A stretch of DNA of 64,000 nt from the NCBI GenBank assembly GCA_038087875.1, contig CM075988.1, positions 17,672,001 through 17,736,000 of the forward strand. The letters are read 5' to 3'. This document shows positions 14,691 through 27,700 of the stretch, one piece after another. A model generated the notes under the pieces. The model ran no database searches, was not told the origin of the DNA, and saw nothing but the letters and a program-made list of their open reading frames with translations. Position numbers and translations under genes: made by a program. The stretch is from Malacoraja senta (taxonomy: Eukaryota). Within the stretch, counting starts at the first letter, position 1. Every line of letters starts with the position of its first letter.

Positions 14691-15144
14691 CTTATCTGAT
14701 ATTTCCTTGAGCACAGAAGATTTAATGATGATCTGATTGAGATGATAAAAGCATTTGATGGGTAATTTCAGATAAACTGTGCCTCACAACATTTGGACAG
14801 GTACATAGATAGGATTAGAGGGACATGTGCCAAAAGCAGACAAGTGGGACTAGAGTAGAAGGGCCTGTTTCCACGCTGTATGACTCTGACTCTCCAGTAA
14901 CTTGCCTACCACCCATGTTAGGCTCACTGGTCTATAGTTCCCTGGCTTTTCCTTGCAACCCTTCTTACCAAGAGTCACAACATTAGCCACCCTCCACTCT
15001 TCCAACACTTCACCCGTGTCCAATGATGATTCATATATCTCAGCAGAGAGCCTGCAGTTTCATCTCTGGCATCCCACATTGTTCTCGGATATATCTGGTT
15101 CACATAATGCTGTAATCACCATCAATGGTGCTAAAGTAGAAATC

Positions 15145-16225
15145 AAGTCAAGAGTGTTTTATTGTCATATGTCCCAGATAGAACAATGAAATTCTTACTT
15201 GCTGCAGCACAACAGAATATGTAAACATAGTACATAAACAAGAGAAAAAAAGTTCAGTTTGTGTATATATATATATACACATACACACATACTCAAAAAA
15301 CAAACAATTATAGTGCAATAATAATAATAATAATAGTCTGTTGCAGTTCAGAGCTTATTTGTTGTCATGTTTAATAGCCTGATGGCTGTAGGGAAGAAGC
15401 TGTTCCTGAACCTGAACCTGGAGTTACAGCTCCTGTACCTTCTTCCCGATGGCAGTGGTGAAATGAGTGTGGCCAGGATGGTGTGGGCCTCTGATGATGT
15501 TAGCTGCCTTTTTGAGGCAGCGACTCCAATAAATCCCTTCGATGGTGGGGAGGTCAGAGCCGGTGATGGACTGGGCAGTGGTCACAACTTTTTGCAGTCT
15601 TTTCCGCTCCTGGACGTTGATTGCTTCAAGTTCCTAGGTGTAAATATTACCAACAATATGTCCTGAACCTACCATATAGAAGTGTAAGCTAAGAGGGAAC
15701 ACCAACGCCTCTATTTCCTCAGGAGACTGAGGAATTTCAGCATATCTCCAATGATTCTTACAAACCTCTACAGATACATCATAGAAAGCATACTGTTAGG
15801 TTGTGACTCCGTCTACCATTGACCCCATCTACACTTCATGCTGCTTCAGGAAAGCAGCCAACACAATCAGTCTTTTCCCACCCTAGTCATGCCTCCTACT
15901 CCCTGCTCTCGTCGGGCAGGAGACACGGATGTTCGAAAGCGCACACCACCAGATGCAGGAACAGTTTCTTGGCTTTTGCTATCAGGCTTCTGAACAGCCC
16001 TACCATAAGCTAGGCTACAGTCCCAATTCTCCACCCTACCTCGTTGCAGACATTGGACACTTTGCTGAGATCAATATTTGTACACTGTATCTTCTATTCG
16101 CTCTACCTATTGAACTTGAGATTGGCGATTGTATTTATGTGTGGTATTAACTGATTGGATTGGACAGCATTTAATTAACAGCTTTTCACTGTACTTTGGT
16201 ACATATGACAGTAACAAACCTAAAC
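15145..16225. mobile_element. Two Rex1/Babar-like LINE fragments (minus ~15145-15610, plus ~15615-16225)
   Basis: FKFLGVNITN..QRLYFLRRL and TTRCRNSF..AIRLLN motifs. Confidence 0.6.
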
Positions 16226-17389
16226 CTCTGTGAAAGTCTATATCCGAGAGTGGGCCGAAGAATCTTCAGGGGACTGTGGGATGATGTTAGAGGAGTCCTA
16301 AATCATGAGGGTAATAGACAAGGTGAATGCACTGTCTTCTTCCCAGGCAATGTGAACCAAAAACTAGAAAGCATAGGCTTAAGGTGAGAGGGGAAAATTT
16401 AAAAGGGACCCAAGGAACAATTTCTTCACACAGAGGGTGGTAGGTATATAGAACGAGTTGCCTGAGAAAGTGATTGAGGCAGGTACGTGGAGAGTAAATT
16501 GGGTGCAGTTGTTATTGCGTAAGTCCACATCTAACATGTTGGTGACATTTATAGGCCAGGTGGCCAAAGTTCAGGACAGGCTGTAAGGAGGAGGAAGAGG
16601 ATGGCAAGGTAAATGCACGAAATAGAGGGATATGGATTATGTGCAGGGAGATAAAGTCTTGGCATCATATTCAGTACACACATTGTGGGCCAGAGGGCCT
16701 GTTCTTGTGCTGTACTGTTCTATGTTCTATATAAAGGAACCTTGGATGATTAGTGTTTGTAAATTTGGTCCAAAAAAAAAGCAAGTGTATAAGTTTTGAA
16801 AGATGAAATCAGACAGAGCCTTAAAGGAATATAAAGCAAATAAGAAAGAACTTATGTGAGCCATTAGAAGGCCCAAAAGGGACCATGAAATGTCTTTGGT
16901 GAGTTGGATTAAAGAAAGTCCCAAGACCTATTCTACATACATTAAAAAAAAACAAGAGGGTAAGCAGAGAGAAGGTGGGATTGCTCAAAGTTCACAAGTT
17001 ATAGGGGTAGAATTAGGTGTATACCGCCATTCAATCGTGGCTGATCTCTGCCTCCTAATCCCATTTCCTGCCTTCTCCCCATAACCCTTGACACCCGTTC
17101 TAATCAAAGATAAAGACTTTGTGCTTGGTGTCAGAGGATGTAGGCTAGGTACAAAATTAGTTCTTTGCCTTTGTATTCGCCAAGGAGAAAGAAATGGGTA
17201 ATAGCAAGATCAGTGTGGAGAATACTAGTTTACAAGAGCAGTGTGAGGTTAAGATGAGGTGGTGTTGGGGCTCTTGAAGAGCATTAAAGTCATAAAGTGA
17301 AAGCAATGGTTTGACAACTAGGAAAGCAGGAGCTCAGAGTGATCAGGACAAATTTAATTTATATATTTCATATTTTGCTTTCTTTCTAA

Positions 17390-17554
<165 letters not shown>

Positions 17555-18553
17555 TAAAAGATCTTTGTTTCAACTGAAAAAATCATTAACACTTCATGAA
17601 AAGGGTGTCAGTGATTGGAATAGGTAGACAAAAATGCTGGAGAAACTCAGCGGGTGCAGCAGCATCTATGGAGTGAAGGAAATAGGCAAAGTTTCAGGCT
17701 GAAACACTTCTTCAGTGATTGGAATGCTAGTTGGAGGTGGTTTCTTCCTGCACTGACTCAAGATCCGGCTGACACACATTTAGAGGGCCATACTGTTCCT
17801 TCGCTTGCTTGGCCGTTCCATCCGATTAGGGCTGATTTGGCAACATGAGATTGTAGAAAGATGCACCAGAGACTTTGAACATTCATTTGCCTCTACCTGC
17901 TGAGTTCCTCCAGAGGTTTATTTTCTGCTCCAGTCCAGCATCTGCAGTCTCTTGTGTCTCCATGAGATTGCAGCTCTTTGTTCTCATAATTTTACCTTTC
18001 TCTCCACCACTCCACTTCCATCCCACCCTGCTTTAGTGATTAATTCTCTTTACTCTTGCAAAGATGCTGCCGAGTAGATTTGGGGAGTAGTAAAAATGCA
18101 GCTGAAATTTTTGCACAAAAGCAATACTTGCAATTCTGCATGTAGTTTGGGATTCAGTCTGCAAAGGTGTAACACAATGGATAACTAATACTCAGATTTT
18201 TATTGCAACTATGACATTTTTAATGTTGCTTAATGTCTCATAACTAAAAGCTTTTAGTCCTTTAAAGGATAACAGCAGGGAATATTTGGGGTGTGGATTT
18301 TAGGTGTAAGGTGGGAAGAAGTGTCTCGACCTGAAATGTCGCCTATTCGCTTTCTCCAGACATGCTGTCTGACCCGCTGAGTTATTCCATCTTTTTTTGT
18401 CTATCTTAGGTGTAAGGTGGGTTTTGCTGGCCCTCTGTGTACCTTCATTTTTTTGGTTCATTCGTACTGCAAGCCTGTGTTTTTTTTTCAATATATAAAG
18501 TTTGATGGTCTCAGTTGAGGTAGGTGTTGACTTGCTCTTTCTTGTGTTCGCAG

Positions 18554-18617
18554 GTCATGGAGACCAAAAATATGCTGTATCTTGTAACTGAGTATGCCAA
18601 AAATGGAGAGATCTTTG
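18554..18617 (+). CDS. SIK2: SIK2 internal coding exon (probably coding exon 3)
   Basis: tcttgtgttcgcag acceptor and gtaagt donor. 64 nt encoding [21 protein letters not shown](D), in frame with the previous exon. The next exon (DYL..HGR) was not found in the window. Confidence 0.95.
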
Positions 18618-19129
18618 GTAAGTGTTTGTCTCATTGCATCTCTGTCCACGTCTGGCCGCCAGTTCTCACAATTCTACATGTATGAAGGCATCTAGTATAT
18701 ATGTTCAGATTAAAATGGGTTTACAAAATGAGAGGGGATAGCCATACCATTTGTTTTTTGTAAGAGAGCGAACTGAACTTCAGTAATGAAGTGGCACTCA
18801 GTAATTCGACCACAGGCACAAATTCTGGCAGATATACTCGGTGTGTGGCTGAGTGCCAGCTCTGGCTCTTTTTTTCTGAGACAGAAGTTGGGCATTCATG
18901 TCTCTCTCAGGTGTGTCTCCCATCCAATGAGATTTCCACACATTGATATCTCTGCTATAACCTGATAATGACTAGATAATTTATTTATCATCAATGTTGT
19001 CAGGACACTGGAGATAGTAAGCACCAACATGGGCTGATGTTCCATTGCAGCCATGAAGGAGCATGTTTTATTGTATTATGGTACTGTTTCTCAGATGAGA
19101 CATTAAGCTAAGGCCTGCATTTATTAATT

Positions 19130-19250
19130 CTTCGTCTTGCGTAGTCTAAAGTTGTAAGACAACTTGTTCTGTTTGATCTTCTGTGCACGCCAGGTTGATT
19201 GCATTCGTGGAAACAGGGTGGACCACGTGAAAGTTGCAATCTCCCACCCC
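19130..19250 (-). mobile_element. Ribozyme-headed SINE-like retroposon, copy A
   Basis: 12-bp TSD catttattaatt (19118-19129 and 19251-19262). Degenerate GAA-repeat tail. Highly similar to 21578-21718, with small internal deletions. Confidence 0.85.
19197..19250 (-). ncRNA. Minimal HDV-like (CPEB3-like) self-cleaving ribozyme, copy A
   Basis: Minus strand reads GGGGUGG-GA-GAUUGCA-ACU-UUCACGU-GGU-CCACCCU-GU-UUCCA-CGAA-UGCAAUC. This gives P1 7 bp with G1-U wobble, P2 7 bp, P3 3 bp, L3 UUCACGU, and J4/2 CGAA with the putative catalytic C. P4 is reduced to a short linker. Confidence 0.8.
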
Positions 19251-21577
19251 CATTTATTAATTGAACCATCAAGAGCCAATGGCATCCTTTTGAGGAAGAA
19301 TAGAGGATGCTGTCTCCAGTGTCCTGGCCACTATTTATCCCAAAGACAACGTAATTGATAAATAAATTATCTAGGCATTATCATGTTATTGCAATGGGAG
19401 ATCAGTAGGTGCAAATTCAAAAGTACCTCTTGGCTAATAGACACTTCGGGCAACTTGGATTACATAAATTAAAGAGTTTTTTTAAAGATGGGTTGCTCTG
19501 ATACTATGGAATATTTACTGTCTGGGATCTCTGAATGGTTTGAGAGTGGATTTTTGTTTGCAAGGACATTTTGTTTGAACTCCTTGCAGGATCTAGCCCA
19601 TACACTTTGTGTTGCACTGAAGGAATGTTGCATTGTCATTGGTGCCTTTTTTTAATCTGTGCAGGAGCATAAGCATTTTCGTTTTAATTCAGTCTTGAAG
19701 GATACAAGATTTCACCTAAACATACCAACTCTTGTGTACGGACTCAATGTGGTCTACTATCATAAATTCTTATCATTAGTGTGATTGTGCCGGATTAGCA
19801 GGATTGTCACTGAACTGTAGGCAAAGAAAATAATTTCACTGTACATAGGTACACATGACAATCACGTACCATTGTACATTTGAACCAGTGATCACAGCTT
19901 CCTTCACCTAGCCATTGAGATTATGAGGAGTTCTTAGGCCCAACGCACTCTGTCAACTTAAGTCTTTTATCCATTGTGCTTTTGGAGCCATTACTGAATG
20001 CAGAATTTCACTGCAGTATTTCCTGGCTGTAATGTGGAGGTGGTGGAAAGCTGGAGGAGGGGGAGGAATGGTTTTCGATCACGTTTTTTAACCTGGAACT
20101 TGCTGTATTTAATTCATTTTGGGGGTCATGTGCATTATGGGCAAGGTCAACATTTGTTATCCATTCTGCATTGCTTTGGAGAAGATGCTTGTGAGCTGCA
20201 ATCATTTTCATGAATGCTAGAGGAAGGAGTTGCAACTGCAGTACAGTTTGTGGATGATATACACTGTAGTCACAGTGCACAGAGGGGGTGTAAATTACTG
20301 TTTAGTATGACTTGGAGGTAAGAGAGCAATCCATTGATACCCAGCTGACAAACCTCCAGAAATGTGGTTCAGAAACACACGTGTAAGGTCTTTGTCAATG
20401 GGAAACAATTTAGATATTCTCTGTCAAAGGGAATTCATCCAGGGTTATCCTGTTAATTATAAACAACTCAAGGATTTCTTGTCAGTGCGAATACACTCCA
20501 GCGATGCCATCTCAATGGGAACACGTTCCAGAGATGCCATCTCAATGGGAACACACTCCTTCACAGCCTATACATTACTTCCACTTCATCAGAAGTGTCA
20601 ACTAAACCCAAAGTGAAAAAGTGTGATCATCAGAATTTTTTTTTTAAATTCATATGCACAGTAGAAATAATCTATCAATACATCTAACAAATATAGACAA
20701 TGAAGATGTTAAGCCTAACTTTAATAGACTGCGCAGGAAGCTTTCTCAATACAAACCTGGTCACCTCATAGGCCCCAGCAATACTGACCTGCTTGGCAAC
20801 CTAGCCTTAGATAATACAAAATCTAATAATGTGCAATAAGCTCTTCTAATTGAGCTGCTTTGATGTAGAATTCTGTTAAGAACATGAAAGAGTTGACTCT
20901 GTTCTGCATCAGCATTTAAGTAGTTTTATGATCTTTCTTGTTGCCCTACTGACTGATGTATGCTTGGCACATTATAAGGTCTGTTATATTATGCCATGTC
21001 TTTTGTGAATGTTTGACTCATTGATTGAATTGATTTGAGTTGAAATATACAGCATGGAAACAGGCCTTTTGGCTCACCGAGTCCACGCCATCCATTGATC
21101 ACCCGTTCACATTAGTTCTATGTTATCCCTCTGCCTACCCTCTAGGACCAATTAACCTCCAAACCCGCACGTCTTTGGAATCTAGGAGGAAACTGGAGCT
21201 TCCAGAGGAAACCAACGCAGTTACTGAAAATTCTAAACACTCTTTAAAATAAGTTTGTTCTTTAAGGAAACAATGAATTGCAGATGCTAGTTTACAAATC
21301 ATGACACAAAGTGCTGGAGTAACTCAGCATCTCAGGCAGCACCTCTGGAGAACATGGCTGGGTGAAGTTTCCGATCGGGATCTTTCTTCAATGTCACCTA
21401 TCCATGTTCTCCAGAGATGCTGCCTGACCCGCTGAGTTACTACAGCTCTGTGTCTATCTTTGTTCTTGAGTTCACGGGTTCTCATGCTCTTTCTCAATCT
21501 CGTTGTTCATGCCTCCTCTCTTTCTCAAAGGGAAGGCTTTTCTTGTTCTCTTTTTTGTATGTGTTCCATGGGGTTTA

Positions 21578-21718
21578 CTTCTTCTTCTTGCGTATGGCGT
21601 GCACAGCCTAAAGTTGTAGGACAACTTGTTCTATTTGATCTTACTTGATTGTGCACGCCAGGTTGATTGCATTCGTCGAAACAGGGCGGACCACGTTAAG
21701 GTTGCAATCTCCCACCCC
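21578..21718 (-). mobile_element. Ribozyme-headed SINE-like retroposon, copy B (141 nt, apparently full length)
   Basis: 10-bp TSD atggggttta (21568-21577 and 21719-21728). Ends in ...CAUACGCAAGAAGAAGAAG. Structured 3' half. Confidence 0.85.
21665..21718 (-). ncRNA. Minimal HDV-like ribozyme, copy B
   Basis: GGGGUGG-GA-GAUUGCA-ACC-UUAACGU-GGU-CCGCCCU-GU-UUCGA-CGAA-UGCAAUC. Same fold as copy A. An L3 C->A change removes the predicted P1.1 pair. Confidence 0.75.
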
Positions 21719-24700
21719 ATGGGGTTTATTCACTCTCTCATATTACCTCGTGCTTTCTTCCTTTTCTGTTTTATCCTACCTCACATTCTTTCCCTCACAT
21801 TTACCTGTTCTCACTTTTTTCGCATTCTTTTTCGTTCTTGCGTTTGCTTTTCCTTGCTCCTTTCTTCCCTTTTTATTATTCTCTCTTTTCTCTCTCCATT
21901 TCACATATCACAGTCAACTGCCTTGATTATCATGATTTATTACTTGGGTACAATGTAGTCTGCTGTGGAGTGAAACCCCTGCACTGAGAATCTGCCGCTG
22001 CATCAGGCATGCACTGATGACAGTTTCATCCCACGTGAACACCCTTGTGGTTTCCCTACTGACTCAATTCTGGGCAACTCTCTGCCACAACTACGCGTTT
22101 CTGTAAAAGCTTTCCTGGAAAGTTTCCTGTTCTCTTCTCATCATTAACTGCACAAATTTTCCCTCATTTTGTTTTGCCCCTGGTATCTTCTCAGATCATT
22201 GGTTGGTGGTGGGATGCAGGGATCAGATAAGTGAGGGTGCAACCGTGTGACGTTGTTAGTTCTCTTGGCTAATGGGAGGCTTGAGTAATCCATGCTTCCT
22301 GCTGACAGTTTTAATTGCTTGTTGTGTCTTTTTGTAAATTGGTTGTTTCCTGCCAATTGTAGGGCACTGGCTAAAATTTGTAGAGGAAGTGTGTTCATCC
22401 TTGATGAGATGAGATGAGAGGAGGCCTGCTTAGAGAAAGCCAGCATGAAGCTCAGTCCGTCAAAGGAAGGCCTTTGTTGCAATGTCTCTAGGCTACATGC
22501 TGTACTACTAGTTGCTTTTTATCCTAGCTATTTCTGCATTTCTTAAATTAGTAGAAATCCTATGTAGGGAATCCTAATCCTTCAGTCTGAAGACTGGTCC
22601 CGATCTGAAATACCGTCTGTCCATTTCCCTCCACAGATGCTGCCTGACTCGCTGAGTTCCTCCTGCTCTTTGTTTTTTTGTTCAGGATTCCAGCACCTGC
22701 AGCCTTGTGGACTCCTGGGGAGGAAGCTGTTCGCTTGATAATTTTATAAACCAAATCTGCAAACACCCCACCTACCCTACTTTTTGATGGGATTGTTAGA
22801 AATCGGAGAAATAGGTCAAACCATTTGCTCTGCCAATCAATAAGGTCAACTGCAAAAAGTAAACAGCTGGCGAACTCAGCAGGTCAGGCAGCATCTGTGC
22901 AGGCAGAGGGATGTTGACATTTTGGGCTGAAACCCTGCATCAGGACTCCACAGTTTGGTGAGAGGTGGGATGCAAGGATGTCCTTTTGCTTCATGTTAGA
23001 GCACCTGCAGTCTCTTATGCATCCAATGATCTTGGACTGTTGACTTTAAGTGCATCTCTTGCGCCGACCCCATACCCTTGGTTCCAGCAGTTTTAAAATC
23101 TACCTCACCCAAGAATGATAATAACTCAGCATTCAATTTTCTAGGCTAAGGATTCCAAAGATTCTCAACCCGTTGAAATAATTTTATCCCACGCCCCCTC
23201 TCCAGATTCTAGATTCCCTCATCAGGAAAAATACGTTACAACTTTTGACTTACCAAGCCACCTTAAAATTTGTGTTTTAATAAGATCACCCCTCATCCTA
23301 AACTCCAGTGTATGGTAGCCTATCCACTTAATCTAGCCATGTCCGGCAGTGTCCGTAGTGCCACACACACCCCAGCTATGGAGATTGAAGGTGAATACAG
23401 AGGATTGTATAATATCAGTTCCCTTGAATAAGACAGTATCACACACATACATGTCAGAGCTCCACGATGATTGGGAGATGACCATGTGTTGCTTGTGTTA
23501 TAGACTGAAGAAGGTGACAGTTTTGGAGCCTGTTTGCTTTAATGGAAGTGACACTGCCATTGGTTTTCTTCGTAACGTTGGACAGTGCCAGTTCCTTTTG
23601 TCGCTTTATTAGTTTCATGGATACTTATTGTAGCAATTTGCCTTTTATTGACCTCTTGGATAAGTCACAGATAATGTGACGAATAAAATTGACTTTGACT
23701 TTGAGACATTTCCTGATGGAAATATTTCTCTAATGCGAATTAAGGGGAAGATGAACAAAGTTAAAGCGCACTTGTTAAGGAGAAGTTGGGTGTCGATATC
23801 AGTGTCTTTCAAACTATATTCATCCCAAAAATGTTCCTATTTGTCATCTTGTTTAAGCATGATAGATTATATTAATAGAATAAGTTCATATTTTTGTGGG
23901 TTTGGTTGGTATAAGAATATTGTTTTGTCACCAAGAAATGTCATGAGTCCTTGAAACAAGCCATATTAACCTCATCTCTCTGAAATAGAGGGCTAGTATT
24001 TAACAATGTTTTGCAAAAATTGGTTTGAATGCACATTTTTCCTCTCATGGTCTCTATCACAATCGTAAATGGACAAATGGAGTACGAGAATTAAATATAA
24101 CTACCTCTAACAAAGGAACAATGTGAAACTTGGAGGACGAGAGAAATTAGGCTCTGATCAAGAAAAAGGAGGCATGGGCAGGCATAGGCAGCTAGGATCA
24201 ACTGCATCCCTGGAGGAGTTTCGGGAACTGAGGGGTTAGCTAAAAATGGAAATGAGGAGCGCATAGAGGGGAAATATATAATAGGAAACCTGAGGAGCAA
24301 CTTTTTCACACAGAGGGTAGTGGAACAAGCTGCTAGAGGAGGTAGTAGAGGCAGGTACTATCACCATGTTTAAAAACATTTGGATAGATACATGGATAGG
24401 ATAGGTTTAGAGGGTATGCGACAAAGATGGTCGGTGTAGGCAAGTTGGGCCAAAGGCCCTGTTTCCACTCTCTATGACTATGAAGATGTAAACAATTCCA
24501 GCGTCATTGCTTCCTGTCAGTGATGCTTTGGATGACCAATGACTATGTAAAGATCGCCAGCTGACATGTTTAATGCAGTAAATGCATAATTCCAGATAGT
24601 TTATTTCATCCTTTTCTGTAATTAGATATTTGTTACCTTGCAGTGACACACTGATTACAATTATTCTTGTTAAAGTATGCATAGCAATCAGTGGGAAGAT

Positions 24701-27700
24701 AAGTGTATTTGTGTGGAAGTGTAGTGTGATTGTAAAAGTTTAATAAAGAACTAGATCATGACTTTGCTGAGCATACTCAGCTGCTCTTATGCCACCTCTC
24801 ATCTGTCACCTCCAACCTTCATTTGATTAGAATTGGGTTCATATTTGGGGTGATAATGCAGTTTTCTGTGAAGCCAAAATGTCAAACAATTTTTCCGGCT
24901 GATGTGTTTCAAACCTTCGATTTCTTTAGGGCATGTTCTAATTAAAACCGGCAGATTTCCATCCCTAAAGGACATTAGTAAATCTTATGGGTATTTTCAG
25001 CAACTCAGCACTTTTAGGGTCACCATTATAAATGCTAGCATTTTATTTCCAGATTTATTCAAATGGAATTAATTGTTCTGCAGCCTCTGGACTACACAAC
25101 CATACCCTGATACTGATTAATGAAATACTGGCAAGAGTGTTGGCTCCTGGAAAATCACTCCTCTGCGTGAATCATCGCCTGCAGAGGGGTAAAGCAGCAA
25201 CGTTTGAAGAGGGGAGGTGGGAGTTGGTGGGATGTGGTGGAATGAGACTACCTCTTGTCATTTCAACCATTTGCTTATCATCCTCGGTAACCTCTCTTCA
25301 GTCAACCTTTTTGTTTGTCAAAACGAGGGTCATTGTCTATGGCCTTGACAAGTCATGAACACATCTCCTTCAGCATCAACTAGTGGCATTGGACGGTGAG
25401 ATTTGCTTTAGTAATGGAGAAGTACAAAACTCAGGGGTTGATTTAAAATAACCTCTTTAATGTTATCTGCTAAACAAAGTCCGTCCACATAGGTGCAGAT
25501 ATGTCACACATGTACTATAGCAGCAAATGTAATTGCCCATCATTAGATCACTTCAGCTGGAGCAGCTGAGAGCTGTAAATCAATGCATGTCTCTGCTCAA
25601 TGTGTGGTGTTTACTGCACAAAATTCTCTGTGGCAGTTGTCAAAGGCTGAGAGAAGCTGAGTTTTGATGGCCTGATGTTAAAGTAAATTAGTAAGGAGGT
25701 GACAACGGATAAAATGCTGCAGTTTCAGCTTCGGAGCATTTAAAATATGCTGAATGTTGGAGCAGCTGTAAATACAGGAAGTGTGTTTTCTCCTTGGCTC
25801 CATTGGACGCCTGTGGTCTAAACTGCAAATCTGGCACGAACCCAACAGGTGGATTTGGACTCTGGGGCTGTCTCACCAAGGAAACCAGAGTGAAAACTTT
25901 GCCAGATTATTATCAAAGCTTTTTTGTTCCAAAGTACTAAATGAGTATAATTATACAAATTTATTCAAAACTGAATTGAGGAAAAATATGTATAGCAGTT
26001 AAAACGTGGACCAGATTCTTAATTGAGGTAATTAGTATAGAGGGCATTTAAACAAAGGAAATGTGTTTCTGTGCTGCAAAATTCTCATGCAGAAATTTGT
26101 TCTTGCTTTTCTAGTGGATTTGAGTAATTAACCGTGCTGATCTTTAAGCAGACCTAATCCCTCCCCAGCCATCACTTCACTCTTAATATACCTGTTGAAT
26201 CTCTTGTGATTTTCGTTTATCTTGCCCACTAGATCCATCTCTTGCCCTCTTTTCCTCTCCTGATTTCCCTCTTACGTGGTACTCCTACATTTTATACTGG
26301 TCAAGGGATTACTTGATCCTGACTGGTTTATTCTGATGAATGCCTAATTTTCTTGACTTGGACCTCATTATCTCTTATCTACCAGGGTTCACTAAACAGT
26401 CTGGGTGTCCCAGTCAATATTAGAGGTTAAAATCTCCCACTAATACTATCCTATTATTCTTGCATCTATCTGCGACCTCCCTATATACCTGCTCTTCTAA
26501 TTCCCGCTGACAGATAGAGTTTTCTGAAGAAGGTTCTCGACCCGAAACGTCGCCTATTCCTTCGCTCCATAGATGCTGCCTCACCCGCTGAGTTCACCAG
26601 CTTTTTTGTCTGACCGAGTTTTCTGAAAAGGTCACCAAGAGGATTCATGAGGGCAGGGCCATGGCCATTGTCTACATGGACTTTAATAAGGTCAAGAATC
26701 TGAATCCCTGCCCGCTGCAACATCTCCTAGCCATGTATTCATCTTGCCTGTACCTCTGTTTCTACCCTCACTAGCATGACACCAGTTACTAACCTTGAGG
26801 TCCTGCTTTTTAACTTATTTCCTACCTCCCTATATTCTCTCGCAGGACCTCAAATGTTTTCCATTGGCATGATCTCCACAATGACTCTGGCTGCCCACCT
26901 TTGTTACAACTGCTCAAATGTACTAGTAAAACAAGAACCAGTGATCACAACTCTGCTTTTTATGATAGCCTTGAATAGAAATAAGTCTGACCTTAGGGAA
27001 GGGTACTAAATTGGAATAAGGCACATTTCAGCATTATTAGTCAGGTAAATTGTGAGCGATTGGTGTTTGGAAAGGCCACATCTGACAGGCGGTAGTCGTT
27101 TAATGGCCAGCTGATCAGATTTCGGACCGCCAGTTACAGTAAGGTGAGGGATAACGATGGCAAAGTAAGGTAACTGAGAGGTTGTAAATTTAGTCCAAAA
27201 AGAAGTATCCATAAGGTTAAACAAAATGAAACCATCAGGGCCCTTGAGGAATATAAAGCACGCAGAAAGAACTCAAGCAGGCAATTAGAAAGGCCATATG
27301 GGGCCAGCAAGTGGAGTTTGAGATTAAGCTAGAGAATGTGTTGGGGCTCTTGAAGAACATTAATGTGGAAGTATCCCCAGGGCCTAATGGGATCTATTCC
27401 CGGTTAATGAAAGAGGCAAGAGAGGAGATTGCAGGGGCCTAGATGAAAATCAATGCACCATCTATAGCCACAGGCGAGGTCTCGGAGGTCTCGAAAGTAG
27501 CTAATGTTCTATAGCAAGGGAGGTAGAGATAATTCAGGACATTATAGACTGGTGAACATCACAAGAGTGGTGGGGAAACCTTTGGGGAGGATTAATATTT
27601 ACTTCCATTTAGAATAGAATGGGTTAGTGAGGGACATTCAGCATGGCAGGCCATGTCTTACAAACTTGATTGAGTTTTTTGAGGTGGGGGCCGATGAGGT

